DNA of 64,000 nucleotides. It comes from an uncultured Spirochaetota bacterium (GTDB lineage Bacteria; Spirochaetota; UBA4802; UBA5550). A model generated the notes under the pieces. That model worked only from the letters and a program-made list of their open reading frames with translations. It was not told where the DNA came from and did not search any database. The stretch is from NCBI GenBank assembly GCA_963827275.1, contig CAWHAA010000008.1, positions 256,001 through 320,000 of the forward strand, written 5' to 3'. Each line of letters begins with the position of its first letter. Positions within the stretch are counted from its first letter, which is position 1. The position numbers were made by a program, and so were the translations under genes. Shown here one piece after another: positions 21,097 to 31,567 of the stretch.

Positions 21097-21747
21097 TCAT
21101 TGTCCGTCGTTTTTGTCCCCGGAACCCCTTCGATTTTTCAGGAGTTTATAGATACCATAACCTGCAACAAACAGGGCGATGAGTATTCCCGCCCCGATAT
21201 TGTAACGCCGGATAAGGTCGCCGGCCCTGTCACGGACGGAGTCCCAGTTGTTTCCAAGGAGAAAGCCGGTCTGAATCCAGATAAGGTTCCAGACACACGC
21301 GCTGATAAGGCTGAAAAAGAAGACCCTGAGCGGGTTCATCCGTGTCAGGCCGGAAACGAGTGAAATGACCGACCTGATGCCGGGCAGAAAGCGGTTGGCA
21401 AGCACCACGAAGGAGCCGTACCGGGCAAACCATGATTCCGCGGCGAGTATGCTCCGTGCTGAAAAGAAACGGTAGTTTTTTTTCATGAAAAATTCCCGCT
21501 CGAGGAGCCGGCCGGCGAAGGAGAGGGCCATGAACCCGGCCACGCTCCCGGCGGTCGTTGCGAGATACACAAGGGGATAGGAAAGCCTTCCGGTGCCGAC
21601 CAGGAACGCCCCGAGAATGGTAATGGTGTCGCCGGGGATGGGCGGAAACAGGTTCTCGATGACCGCGCTGGCGAACAGGAATACGTACAGAAACAGGTCA
21701 TTCCGGGGAAGCAGAAAGGCGATGATGTCATTGATGGCTTGTTGCAT
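21097..21747 (-). CDS. DedA family membrane protein
   Basis: ENLFPPIPGD, WFARYG, RFLPGIRSVISLVSG. Confidence 0.92.
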   Translation of the reverse strand: MQQAINDIIAFLLPRNDLFLYVFLFASAVIENLFPPIPGDTITILGAFLVGTGRLSYPLVYLATTAGSVAGFMALSFAGRLLEREFFMKKNYRFFSARSILAAESWFARYGSFVVLANRFLPGIRSVISLVSGLTRMNPLRVFFFSLISACVWNLIWIQTGFLLGNNWDSVRDRAGDLIRRYNIGAGILIALFVAGYGIYKLLKNRRGSGDKNDGQ

Positions 21748-21860
21748 ATATCGATGCCGTATCCTAACTTTTACTGCCTGATGGACCCACTCATGCAATC
21801 AGGCCCGGCCGGTTTTTTGCAAGGATTATTTTTTCACCGGCGCCTCCGCGGCCGGGGGCG

Positions 21861-21891
21861 AAAAAAAAGACAGCTTTTTCAAGCTGTCTTT
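21861..21891 (-). terminator. Rho-independent terminator
   Basis: AAAGACAGCTT-TTTC-AAGCTGTCTTT stem with an A8 tract (U-tract on the minus strand). Confidence 0.75.
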
Positions 21892-21926
21892 CCGCTGAAC
21901 ATCATATCAGCATTACACGCGGTGCA

Positions 21927-23450
21927 TCAGAAGGAGTAGCGGGTCTCTGAAATTATCATGTTGCGCTCGTCACCGAGCCTCTTCGCGAAGACAAAGCCGA
22001 GGGAGGTGCTGACGCCGTTGGTGAATTTGTACATAAAGTAGGGATAGACGACGTAATCCCAGTTTTTCAGCTTCGGGTCGGCATACAGGGCGAGGCGCAC
22101 CTGAAAGTCAAGGGCGTCGCTCTCAAGGAAACTCCGCGATATGTTGCTGACGAGCATCCACTTGTAGGGGTACTGGTGCCCGTTGCCTTCGTCCACCTGG
22201 TTGCTGATGAAGGACAGGCTGCTCTGCTTCCTGTATTTGAGCACCCACATCTGCCCCAGGTAGAGCCCCACGTATATCTTGGCGAACAGGTTCGGCGATT
22301 CAGGGCCGGTGAGATAGGTGACGGTGGATTTTTTAATCATGTTCATTTCAACATCCATGACCGTGTTCACCCCATCGGTTATGGGTATGATCTTCATGGC
22401 GTTTTTTTTGTCGAGCAGGTCCTTCGTCAGGTTGGCGCTCGCCGATAATTTCCAGGACATCACCTCGCCAAGGCCGAGGCCGATGTCAAGCGCGGGCATC
22501 ATGACGCGGTTGTAGTACATGTTTGTTATCTGCGCCAGGACGCTGAACGCCGGGGCGGTCTGGACGGGCAGCTTTATGAGCGTGTCGGGCATATCGTCAA
22601 AACCGTAAACAAAGCCAAGGCCGTAGCGGAACGAGTTCCCGAGGTTCCCGGAGAGGCGCGCGGCGTACTCGCCGTTCCGCACTTCAAACGGGGGCCGCGT
22701 GATATTGGTCACGCCCCTCTTGTAGAGTGATTCAAGCGGCAGCTTTGCGGGCTGGAATATGGGCATCCAGATTACCTGGAACTGCTGGTTGGCGAAGTAA
22801 AAATTCAGGTTCGCCGCGGTGACGCCGACGCGGCCGAATTCGAAATAGTTGCTCATGGTGGTGTAATCCCACGGGATCACGATGTCCGACGGCGCCTCGA
22901 CGCCCTCGATCTCGCCCCATGATATGATCTGGTGCCCGAGCCGCAGCGAGACGTGCTTGCCGTACAGGTCGACATAGGTCTCCCTGATGTTGATCGTCGG
23001 GTACTTGTTGAGCTCGTCACGCTTGAAGTCGGCATTTGATGCAAAATAGGTGGACTGCATGCCGGGCATCAAAAAATTCGGCCAGTAAAATTTCGGGAAG
23101 TTTGTTTTTTCCCCCGCCGCGTTGTATTCTACCTGCACCGCCGAGAAAAAATGCGCCACATCGTACGCGTTTCCTTCAAACTCGAGCTGGAGCGTGGCCC
23201 CTATCCGCGGGAATTCATACTTCGAGTTGAGCCACTTGTTTCCCTTCGTCCCGATATCGTTCCGGGAAACCACGATGTTTCCCTGGGCGTACCCGTGGAT
23301 CGCGAAGGAGGTGTCCTTCTCCTTTTCCCCGTCGGTCTTGACCGCTCCCTGCTTGTCCTGCTCCTCCGCGAGGTCCTCGATTTGCCCGTAGGACGCGCCG
23401 GTGAAGAACAGGAACAGGGCAATCAGGACTGCTGACCGTAATACTTTCAT
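21927..23450 (-). CDS. Putative outer-membrane beta-barrel (DUF1302-like)
   Basis: Signal peptide; IRETYVDLY..LRLGHQIISWG motif; C-terminal RYSF; RBS GGAGG. Confidence 0.65.
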   Translation of the reverse strand: MKVLRSAVLIALFLFFTGASYGQIEDLAEEQDKQGAVKTDGEKEKDTSFAIHGYAQGNIVVSRNDIGTKGNKWLNSKYEFPRIGATLQLEFEGNAYDVAHFFSAVQVEYNAAGEKTNFPKFYWPNFLMPGMQSTYFASNADFKRDELNKYPTINIRETYVDLYGKHVSLRLGHQIISWGEIEGVEAPSDIVIPWDYTTMSNYFEFGRVGVTAANLNFYFANQQFQVIWMPIFQPAKLPLESLYKRGVTNITRPPFEVRNGEYAARLSGNLGNSFRYGLGFVYGFDDMPDTLIKLPVQTAPAFSVLAQITNMYYNRVMMPALDIGLGLGEVMSWKLSASANLTKDLLDKKNAMKIIPITDGVNTVMDVEMNMIKKSTVTYLTGPESPNLFAKIYVGLYLGQMWVLKYRKQSSLSFISNQVDEGNGHQYPYKWMLVSNISRSFLESDALDFQVRLALYADPKLKNWDYVVYPYFMYKFTNGVSTSLGFVFAKRLGDERNMIISETRYSF

Positions 23451-23508
23451 TTGACCCTCCAAAAAATATAACATGTGATCAGTATAACGTGAAACAACTA
23501 TCGGGCAT

Positions 23509-23537
23509 CCCTCTCCCCCGGCGGGCGGGGGAGAGGG
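23509..23537. promoter_or_regulatory. Strong intercistronic hairpin (12-bp stem)
   Basis: CCCTCTCCCCCG-GCGGG-CGGGGGAGAGGG, no U-tract. Confidence 0.5.
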
Positions 23538-23584
23538 CGCGTTTCATGCACAATGCCGGTCCGTTCTCCGTGCGGAGAAATAGT

Positions 23585-24427
23585 CTACCACCATTTCTGC
23601 GTGAGATACTGCTCGGTGAAGATGTCCGTCCGCAGGTTCGCTTCACCCTCGGTCTTTACATCGGAAAAGAGCAGGTGGCTCTTCGACCCGGTCTTGACGT
23701 TTTTCATCTCGATGCCGGTCTCGTAATTTACTTTCTGGCCCTTTATGTTGGGCTTGGTGATGAAAGAGAGAAGGCGCAGCTCCTTGATCTTTATGAGGTT
23801 TTCATCATAGTGGTCCCTCTGCAGGGTGAGCAGCGACTTTTTCTCGAAATACGAAACCATCCTCCCGCACCCGTATTCGTTCATGATGCTCTTGTCCCTG
23901 GGTACGGATTCGACCTTGTAGCAATCGAAGGTCTTTCCCTTGAAGGTGACCTTGTCGTCGCCGAGGTACTTGTATTTCCATTCCTGGTAATTCGGTTTGC
24001 CCGTTTCGCCGTTGGTGAAGTCGCTGCCGAAGAAACTCAGCTTTTTATCGGCGCCGGTCACCTTTTTTGCCTTGCGGATGCCCTTCAGGTACACCCACTT
24101 GATGTCAGGCTGTGTCTTGTAGTGGTACATCATGAACGAGTTGCCCTGGTCGTCGGCCGGGGCCATGAAATACGCGATATACATTTCGCAGAACTGCGGG
24201 GTACCCATGTTCGTCGTGTAAACGCCGATCTGGATCATTTTTTTAAACCTGACTTCGCCGCCGCTGCTGAAGATGACAAGCGTTCCCTTTGCCTTGAGCT
24301 TCTCAAAGACAGGGCGGTCGTCGTTCATCTTCATCAACCGTGCGCCCATCTCTTCGGGTGTCTCGGAAAATGCGGCCGGTGAGAAAGCGACCATAACAAG
24401 AAGTGCCAAAACCAATCTGATACGCAT
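23585..24427 (-). CDS. Outer-membrane lipoprotein-sorting (LolA-like) periplasmic protein
   Basis: Signal peptide; FMAPADDQG, WVYL..IRK.KK, SFFGSDFT, IFTEQYL. Confidence 0.8.
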   Translation of the reverse strand: MRIRLVLALLVMVAFSPAAFSETPEEMGARLMKMNDDRPVFEKLKAKGTLVIFSSGGEVRFKKMIQIGVYTTNMGTPQFCEMYIAYFMAPADDQGNSFMMYHYKTQPDIKWVYLKGIRKAKKVTGADKKLSFFGSDFTNGETGKPNYQEWKYKYLGDDKVTFKGKTFDCYKVESVPRDKSIMNEYGCGRMVSYFEKKSLLTLQRDHYDENLIKIKELRLLSFITKPNIKGQKVNYETGIEMKNVKTGSKSHLLFSDVKTEGEANLRTDIFTEQYLTQKWW

Positions 24428-24943
24428 GATGCATTCCTCCATTAAAGTGGTTGTTTTTCAACTATATTTCAGTCAGGCCAGCATGGTTTGTGCGCGACCC
24501 GCTGCCGGTGTGATAGACGGACAGCACGTGCCGATGATAGCCTGTTGGGTGAATTGTGAACAAGATGCACGCGGTCCCTCGCGAGGAACGGCCACTGTCA
24601 CGCGGCGCCGCGCATCCAACCCGATACATCCTTTCAGGACAGTATATTGCGGAATGATTATTGTGGTATGGTACAATCCATTGACATTCCTCCGACTATA
24701 TATTTTTTTATATGTTTAATCACGTGTGCCACGCTAAAACAGCGGATTTTAAAAATCAATATAATTTTTCGCCTGGATCTAAAAAGAACGGTACCCGAAC
24801 TCTCACTGTCCGCGGCGGGCCGGACCTTCAAATTATATTTTTTTATTGAATTATTTACCTGTTGCTGTATTATATTCAGCAGTGATAGGGCGATGGCCGG
24901 CTTCCCCTCTATTTTTCTTGTTACCGGGAGGATTGTTTCGATT

Positions 24944-26890
24944 ATGAAACCAGCTGTTAACGGACCGGTATCGAACAGGCTCAAGACCGGGAATGTAAAA
25001 AAATCATACGGCCCGGTGGCCAACCTTGAGGAATATGTCAATCCCGACTGGTGGAACAAGATCTTCAACGCCGTGTATCTTAAAACGGACGCTGACGCTG
25101 TCGAGGACCATGCCGTCACCGCGCGGGAAGTGGACCTCTTCTCCCGGATCGTGAACCTTTCTCCCGACGACCGGATCCTCGACCTCTCCTGCGGGCAGGG
25201 GCGGCATTCCCTGGAGCTGGCCCGCCGCGGCTTCAGGAACGTAGAAGGCCTCGACCGGTCGCGCTATCTCATACAGCGCGCCAAGATGCAGGCGAGAAAG
25301 GAGTTCCTGAGCGTCAGGTTCCGCGAGGGGGAGGCACGGATGCTGCCCTACAAGCCCGATACCTTCGACGTCCTCTTCATCCTCGGCAACAGCTTCGGCT
25401 ACTTTGAAACGGTCAATGACGACCTGCGGGTGCTGCGCGAAGTCTTCAGGGTGCTGAAGCCGTGGGGGCGGCTCCTGGTCGATGTGGCGGACGGTGACCA
25501 CCTCCGGCATAACTTCCATCCGCGCTCGTGGGATTGGATTGACCGTAACCATTTTGTCTGCCGCGAGCGTTCGATATCCGTTGATAAGCAGCGGCTGATC
25601 TCCCGCGAGGTGGTGACCCACGTGGAAAAGGGGGTCATCGCCGACCAGTTTTACGCGGAGCGCCTGTATAACAGCGAGGGCCTGCAGGAGCTCCTGAACG
25701 CCGCAGGCTTCAGCGACATCGCCCTCCATCACGATGCTGACGGCGGGCCGCCGGCCGCCCAGGAGCCGGCGGCCGGGAAGCGGATCATCATGTCCGCCTG
25801 CGTCAAAAAGGACTGGACGCCGGCCCGGCAGCGGAAGACGGACATCAAGAACGTGACGGTCATCATGGGCGATCCCGCGAAAAAGGACCCGGTCAGGCCG
25901 TCGCTCGTATTCGATGATGACGACCTGTATGACATCGACCAGATGAAGGATGCGCTGAAGGGCCTTGAAGAATACAGCTTCACCTATATCGGCAGTCATG
26001 ATTCGCTGATCAATGACCTGTCGCGGATCAGGAAAAACGCCGATTTTATTTTGAACCTCTGCGACGGGGGCTACAACAACGACGCGCGCAAGGAGCTCCA
26101 TGTCCCCGCGCTCCTGGAGATGATGGACATCCACTACACCGGCCCGGGCCCGCAGTGCCTGGCCTTCTGCCACGATAAGTCCCTGGTGCGCGGCGTCGCG
26201 AAGGAGATGGGGATCCCGGTCGCCAGGGCGTTTTTCATCAAGCCGGAAGACGACACCTTCGAGCTCCCGTTCGGGTTCCCGGTCATCGTCAAGCCCAACA
26301 CGGGCGATTCCAGCTTCGGGATCACGCGGCGGAGCGTGGCGACGGGCATCGAGGAGCTGATGAACGCCATATCGGAAATCAGGGACAAGCTGGGGTACGA
26401 ACGGCCCATCCTGGTGGAGGAATTCCTTCCGGGGAAGGACCTCAGCGTGGGGATCATCGGGAACCTGCCCGGCTCGTACCGCGTGCTGCCGATGATGGAG
26501 GAGGATTATTCCCTGCTGCCGCCTGAATTGCCGAAGATCTGCGGCTACGAGGCGAAGTGGCTCCCGGATTCGCCCTACTGGAAGGTGCGGCCGGTCCCGG
26601 CGGTGATACCCGAGGACACCAGGAAGTATATAGAGGAATGCTGCCTGAAGCTGTTTGAACGTCTCGAGTGCCGCGACCACTGCCGCTTCGACTGGCGGCT
26701 GGACGTCAGGGGAAAGCCGAAGCTCCTCGAGGTGAATCCAAACCCGGGATGGCGCTGGGACGGGCACCTGGCACGGATGGCGGGGTTCGGCGGGATGCCG
26801 TACGCGGAGCTGCTGGGCGAGATCCTCCGCGCCGCTGAGCACCGGATCCGGCTGGCGGGCCTCAAGAACGGCAGCGCGCACAGTGACTGA
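24944..26890 (+). CDS. Class I SAM methyltransferase fused to a D-Ala-D-Ala-ligase-like ATP-grasp domain
   Basis: ILDLSCGQGRHSLELA and GNSFGYF; then IVKPNTGDSSFGI, LVEEFLPG, RFDWR and LLEVNPNPG; start MKPAV after GGAGG. Confidence 0.85.
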   Translation: MKPAVNGPVSNRLKTGNVKKSYGPVANLEEYVNPDWWNKIFNAVYLKTDADAVEDHAVTAREVDLFSRIVNLSPDDRILDLSCGQGRHSLELARRGFRNVEGLDRSRYLIQRAKMQARKEFLSVRFREGEARMLPYKPDTFDVLFILGNSFGYFETVNDDLRVLREVFRVLKPWGRLLVDVADGDHLRHNFHPRSWDWIDRNHFVCRERSISVDKQRLISREVVTHVEKGVIADQFYAERLYNSEGLQELLNAAGFSDIALHHDADGGPPAAQEPAAGKRIIMSACVKKDWTPARQRKTDIKNVTVIMGDPAKKDPVRPSLVFDDDDLYDIDQMKDALKGLEEYSFTYIGSHDSLINDLSRIRKNADFILNLCDGGYNNDARKELHVPALLEMMDIHYTGPGPQCLAFCHDKSLVRGVAKEMGIPVARAFFIKPEDDTFELPFGFPVIVKPNTGDSSFGITRRSVATGIEELMNAISEIRDKLGYERPILVEEFLPGKDLSVGIIGNLPGSYRVLPMMEEDYSLLPPELPKICGYEAKWLPDSPYWKVRPVPAVIPEDTRKYIEECCLKLFERLECRDHCRFDWRLDVRGKPKLLEVNPNPGWRWDGHLARMAGFGGMPYAELLGEILRAAEHRIRLAGLKNGSAHSD

Positions 26891-28067
26891 TACCCGTCCC
26901 CGTCGCATATTCCTCGACCGCGACCTCCAGATTATTTTCGGGATAACGCTGATCTCCGTGATCGGCGTCACGTCGATAGCACCGGCGCTTCCCATGATCG
27001 CGAAAGACCTGCGGCTGACCGGGAGCCAGGTGGTGATGCTCATCACCATATTCACCCTGCCCGGCATATTCCTGTCTCCCGTGATGGGGGTGCTGGCCGA
27101 CCGCTTCGGCAGGAAGAAGGTGATCGTCCCCTCGCTCTTTCTCTTCGGAATTGCCGGCACCGCCTGCGCCTTCACGGACAGCTTCCCTCTCCTGCTCTCG
27201 CTTCGATTTGCAAACGGCGTGGGTGCCGCCGCCCTCGGCGGGCTGAACCAGACGGTCATCGGCGACCTGTTCAACGGCACCGAGCGGGCCGAGGCGCTCG
27301 GGTACAACGCCACGGTCCTGAACATCGGCACCATGGCCTACCCGGCGATCGGCGGCGCCCTGGCCCTCATCGGATGGAGCTATCCCTTTCTGCTGTCCGC
27401 GCTCGCGCTGCCGATGGGGGCGCTGGTGCTGCTCTTCCTCAAAAACCCCGAGCCGTCTTCGCCGCCGCCGATCAGGGGCTACCTGGCCGGCGTCATGAAT
27501 TCGGTGAGCGGCGGCGGGATCGTGCCGGCCTACCTGGCCACCATGGCGGCATTCATGCTGCTCTACGGCGCGCTCCTGGCCTATTTCCCCTTCCTCCTGC
27601 ACGCCAGGTTCGGCGCCTCGCCATCGACGATCGGGCTCATGCTCGCCGCGACGTCCGTGAGCAGCATGCTCGCGGCCTTCAATCTGGGAAGGATTTCGCG
27701 CCGCTTCAGCTATAAAACCATCATTGTCGTCTCGTTCGCCCTCTACGCCGTTGTCCTCGGCGCGGTCCAGTGGATCGACACTATATACCTGATGACGGTG
27801 CCCGTCCTGTTATACGGATTTGCCAACGGCATGAACATTCCCGGTATCCAGACTTTCCTTTCGGGCAACGCCCCCATGGAATACCGCGGCGCATTCATGT
27901 CGATGAATTCGATGGTCCTGCGGCTGGGGCAGACACTGGGGCCGATCTTCACCGGTATCGCATATCACCGGTGGGGCATGGAGGGGGTCTTTTATTCGTC
28001 GGCGCTGTTCGCCGCGGCCTCGTTCCTTGTGCTGGCGGTGGTGCTGAAAAATGACCGCCGAAAATAA
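26883..28067 (+). CDS. MFS transporter (DHA1-like)
   Basis: GVLADRFGRKKV motif A; about 12 TM helices; GTG start overlaps the upstream stop. Confidence 0.92.
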   Translation: MTDTRPRRIFLDRDLQIIFGITLISVIGVTSIAPALPMIAKDLRLTGSQVVMLITIFTLPGIFLSPVMGVLADRFGRKKVIVPSLFLFGIAGTACAFTDSFPLLLSLRFANGVGAAALGGLNQTVIGDLFNGTERAEALGYNATVLNIGTMAYPAIGGALALIGWSYPFLLSALALPMGALVLLFLKNPEPSSPPPIRGYLAGVMNSVSGGGIVPAYLATMAAFMLLYGALLAYFPFLLHARFGASPSTIGLMLAATSVSSMLAAFNLGRISRRFSYKTIIVVSFALYAVVLGAVQWIDTIYLMTVPVLLYGFANGMNIPGIQTFLSGNAPMEYRGAFMSMNSMVLRLGQTLGPIFTGIAYHRWGMEGVFYSSALFAAASFLVLAVVLKNDRRK

Positions 28068-28079
28068 CCGATTTGTTAC

Positions 28080-28107
28080 TTGACAACCGTCCCATTTATA
28101 GTAAAAT
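28080..28107 (+). promoter_or_regulatory. Putative sigma70 promoter for the OmpA/PD40 gene
   Basis: TTGACA-N16-TAAAAT. Confidence 0.45.
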
Positions 28108-28156
28108 CCCGTGAAGACAATCTGAGCATGCAGAATTATTCACAGGGGTGTTTGAC

Positions 28157-29683
28157 ATGAAGGGATATCGTGCGTTTCTCGTTTTCAGTGCCGGCGTCAT
28201 CGCGGTGCTGCCGCTCCTCATCTTTTTTTCCTGCTCATCGGCGGGCTCCTCGTCGAAATCGAGGGGGTACCAGTACTCTGAATACAGTCCCACCATATCG
28301 GCCGACGGGAAGACGATGATATACCAGGCGGACATCGACAAGCCGAAAAAATACCAGATATACGCGAAGCAAAAGGTCTTTGACAAGTGGAGCAAGCCGG
28401 TGTCGCTGGATGCAATCAACTCGCGGTACAATGACGGCGGGTGCTTCATCACCTACGACCAGAACTCCCTGATCTTCACCTCGGACAGGCCGGGCGGCCT
28501 GGGGAACTGCGACCTGTGGGTCTCGCAGCGGAAGGGCGACAGGTGGTCGGAGCCGGTGAACATGGGGGCGCCGATCAATTCTGCCGGGTATGACGGGTTT
28601 GCCTCGCTCGCCCCGGACGGAAACACGATCTACTTTGTCAGGGAGTGCCCTGAAAAGAAAGGCTGCAAGGAACGCCTCGGGATCTTTTACTCCGAGAAGG
28701 TGGACGATGTATGGACCACGCCGAAAAAGATGCCGGCCCCCATCAATACCGACTACTGCGAATTCGGTCCGGTGATCCTCGCGGACAACCTGTCGCTCAT
28801 ATTCAGCTCCACGCGCCCGGGCGGGAGCGGCGGCTACGACCTGTACAAGGTGGAGCGGACCGAATCGGGCGGCTGGGGCAGGCCGACAAACCTGGGCGGC
28901 TTCATCAACACGAAGGGGGAGGACAGCCTCATCGCCATCCCCGCCTCGGGTGAAATCATGTACTACACGAAATCAAGGAGCGGGCAGGAGGACGAGAAGC
29001 GGGAGGGTGTCCGGAGGATCTTTTCCGTTCCCATCCCCGAGAACCTCCAGCAGACGAAGGTGGTCATCGTCAAGGGCACGGTGCGCGACAAGCGGAGAAC
29101 CGAAAAGACCCTCTTTGCCGAGATCGCCATCACCGATATCAATTCGGACGCCAGGCCGAAGATCATCTACAGCAACCGCGACGACGGAAAGTATATCGTC
29201 ATCCTCAACAAGGGGAAAATCTGCGACTTTTCGGTCAGGAGCGCCGGGTATCTTTTTTATTCGAGGAAAATCGACCTGACCGACGTCCGGCAGTACAGGG
29301 AAATCAACGAGGACATCCTTCTCGAGCCTATCGTGGTGGGCGCCAATATCGTCCTGAATACCATGTATTTCGAATTCAGAAAATACAAGCTCCTAAAAGA
29401 GTCAAAATACGAGCTGAAGCGGATCATAAAGCTGCTGAAGGAAAACCCCACCATGAGGGTGGAGATCAGCGGGCACACCGACAACATCGGTTCAGACAGG
29501 GCGAACCAGAAGCTGTCCATGCAGCGGGCGGAGGCGGTAGTGGAGCACCTGGTGGATAACGGCATTGCGAAGAACCGGCTCGAGGCGAAGGGATACGGCA
29601 AGCAGCGGCCGATCGCGACCAACAAGAGCGAGGAAGGGCGCCAGGAAAACAGGCGGGTCGAGATCGAGGTGCTCTCCATCTGA
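28157..29683 (+). CDS. Lipoprotein with PD40 (TolB-like) repeats and C-terminal OmpA peptidoglycan-binding domain
   Basis: IFFSC lipobox; FTSDRPGGLG.CDLW repeats; EISGHTDNIG..NQKLSMQRA..NRRVE. Confidence 0.92.
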   Translation: MKGYRAFLVFSAGVIAVLPLLIFFSCSSAGSSSKSRGYQYSEYSPTISADGKTMIYQADIDKPKKYQIYAKQKVFDKWSKPVSLDAINSRYNDGGCFITYDQNSLIFTSDRPGGLGNCDLWVSQRKGDRWSEPVNMGAPINSAGYDGFASLAPDGNTIYFVRECPEKKGCKERLGIFYSEKVDDVWTTPKKMPAPINTDYCEFGPVILADNLSLIFSSTRPGGSGGYDLYKVERTESGGWGRPTNLGGFINTKGEDSLIAIPASGEIMYYTKSRSGQEDEKREGVRRIFSVPIPENLQQTKVVIVKGTVRDKRRTEKTLFAEIAITDINSDARPKIIYSNRDDGKYIVILNKGKICDFSVRSAGYLFYSRKIDLTDVRQYREINEDILLEPIVVGANIVLNTMYFEFRKYKLLKESKYELKRIIKLLKENPTMRVEISGHTDNIGSDRANQKLSMQRAEAVVEHLVDNGIAKNRLEAKGYGKQRPIATNKSEEGRQENRRVEIEVLSI

Positions 29684-29766
29684 CCCGGGTGCGTACCATT
29701 TTTGCCGAATGGAAAAAAATAGTATGCCGGGCGGAAGGCCCGGCAGGGGCGATGAGAACCTGACAA

Positions 29767-31455
29767 GTGAAAGATAAAAAAAACAGCGTAATCGGGGATC
29801 AGGACCTGTTCCGGCTTCTCACGGAAAATTCTTCCGATACCCTCTGGACGATATCCCTCGACGGGATCCTACAATACATAAGCCCTTCCTTTACGGAGAT
29901 GACCGGCTATACCCAGGAAGAGGCGATCGGCTCGCCGTATTCGAAATTTATCGTGCCCGAGTACCTTCCCTATATCCATGAACTGCTGGCCGGCGAGCTG
30001 GCCAAATCCCGGGAGGAACAGTCCGGCGTAAAGGTGCTCGAGCTCCAGGAGCTGGCCAAGGACGGGTCGGTCATAGATGTTGAGCTCACCGCAAAATGGG
30101 TCTATGACAGATCGGGGAACCCTGTCGGGGTGCAGGGGAGTACCCGCGATATCCGCAAGAGGAAGCAGGCGCTGCAGGAACTCGAGGAGAGCGAGGACCG
30201 GTACCGCGCGCTGGCCGAGCGCTCGCTTGACCTGCTGTTTATCCACGACTTCAAGGGCAACTTTATCGACGCCAACAGCGCCGCCCTGAAAACGCTGGGC
30301 TACAAGCGGGAGGACATCACAAGCATTAATTTTGTCACCCTGCTGACGGAGCGCCAGATCCCCAAGGCCTTTGAGGTCATCAACGAGGTGCTGGAAAAGG
30401 GCACGCAGAGCGAGCTGTCCGAGTTTGAAGTGCAGACGAAGGACGGCAGGCGCATCTTCCTCGAGACGCAGTCGTTCCTGATCTACAAGAACCGCAAGCC
30501 ATTCGCCGTGCAGGGGGTGGGCAGGGAGATCACGGAGCGTAAAAAAGAGATCGAGGAGCAGCGCTGGAACCAGGAGAAGCTCGAGATGCTGGTGCAGCAG
30601 CGCACCGCGGAGCTCAAGGACATAAACAAGAAGATGATCCAGGAGATCATCGTCAGGAAGCAGGTCGAGAACGAGCTGCGGATCAGCGAAAACAATCTCA
30701 GGAACCAGAACGAAATAATGCTGAGGGAGCTTGAAAGCGCCCGGCTCATACAGAAGGCCCTCATGCCGAAGGAGGTCCCGGCGTTCCCCCGGCTGTCGAT
30801 CGATTACCGCTACCAGCCGCTCGAGGCCGTCGGAGGGGACTACTTTTCCTTCACCCCTCTTGAAGAGGGCGGCCTCGGGATATTCCTCGGCGATGTGACC
30901 GGCCACGGCGTCCCCGCGGCGCTGTTCCTGTCGCTGGTGCGGTCGATTTCCAACAAGGCGTGCCGCAGGTACGGCATGACGCCGGGCAAGTATATCGAGA
31001 CGATAAACAACGAGGTGTTCAGGGGGATGCCGTCATACTACCTGACCGCCATGTACGGGGTCTTCAAGCCGGGGGCGGATGACACGCTGACCTTTACCTT
31101 CGCGCGGGGCGGGCACCCCTATCCGATCCTGTGCTGCCGCGAAACGGACCGGGTGGAATTCATCAAGTCGTCGGGGAACCTCCTCGGCTGGCAGGAAAAC
31201 AGGGTGTTCTCGGAGACCACCGTTACCCTGAAGCGGGGGGACAGGCTCTTTCTGTATACGGACGGCATCCCGGATACCGTCAATCCCAGGAGCGAAATGC
31301 TCGATTCGCAGGCGGAATATTTTGACCTGTACCGCGACCCGGAGGGCCGCACGCTTCCCGAAAAGCTCGACGCCATCATGGACGACATTACCCGGTTCCG
31401 TGACGGCACTCCCCTCGTGGACGACATCGTCCTCATCGGGATCGAGATAACGTAA
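29767..31455 (+). CDS. PAS-PAS-SpoIIE (PP2C/RsbU-type) phosphatase
   Basis: Two PAS/PAC domains; VGGDYF, GDVTGHGVPAA, LYTDG, DDIVL. Confidence 0.92.
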   Translation: MKDKKNSVIGDQDLFRLLTENSSDTLWTISLDGILQYISPSFTEMTGYTQEEAIGSPYSKFIVPEYLPYIHELLAGELAKSREEQSGVKVLELQELAKDGSVIDVELTAKWVYDRSGNPVGVQGSTRDIRKRKQALQELEESEDRYRALAERSLDLLFIHDFKGNFIDANSAALKTLGYKREDITSINFVTLLTERQIPKAFEVINEVLEKGTQSELSEFEVQTKDGRRIFLETQSFLIYKNRKPFAVQGVGREITERKKEIEEQRWNQEKLEMLVQQRTAELKDINKKMIQEIIVRKQVENELRISENNLRNQNEIMLRELESARLIQKALMPKEVPAFPRLSIDYRYQPLEAVGGDYFSFTPLEEGGLGIFLGDVTGHGVPAALFLSLVRSISNKACRRYGMTPGKYIETINNEVFRGMPSYYLTAMYGVFKPGADDTLTFTFARGGHPYPILCCRETDRVEFIKSSGNLLGWQENRVFSETTVTLKRGDRLFLYTDGIPDTVNPRSEMLDSQAEYFDLYRDPEGRTLPEKLDAIMDDITRFRDGTPLVDDIVLIGIEIT

Positions 31456-31567
31456 CTGGTGACCCTCCAGACCATATTTTTAAAAGCCGGTGTATCATAT
31501 TGCGTATGTAAGGCAGACGGGCGATGGACCCCCCGCGAAAAAATTATGACCCGGTTTTAGTTCCGGG

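Noticed and set aside
24480..24620. Possible cobalamin riboswitch (GCCACTG present)
   Set aside because: It lacks the GGGAA, ACTGT...GGGAAG and AGYCAG(A/G)AGACC elements in the right order.
25004..27334. Long antisense ORFs (776 aa here; also 2253..3695, 48043..49593, 8436..9734 and others)
   Set aside because: Shadow ORFs of GC-rich coding genes, with no motifs and well-supported genes on the opposite strand.
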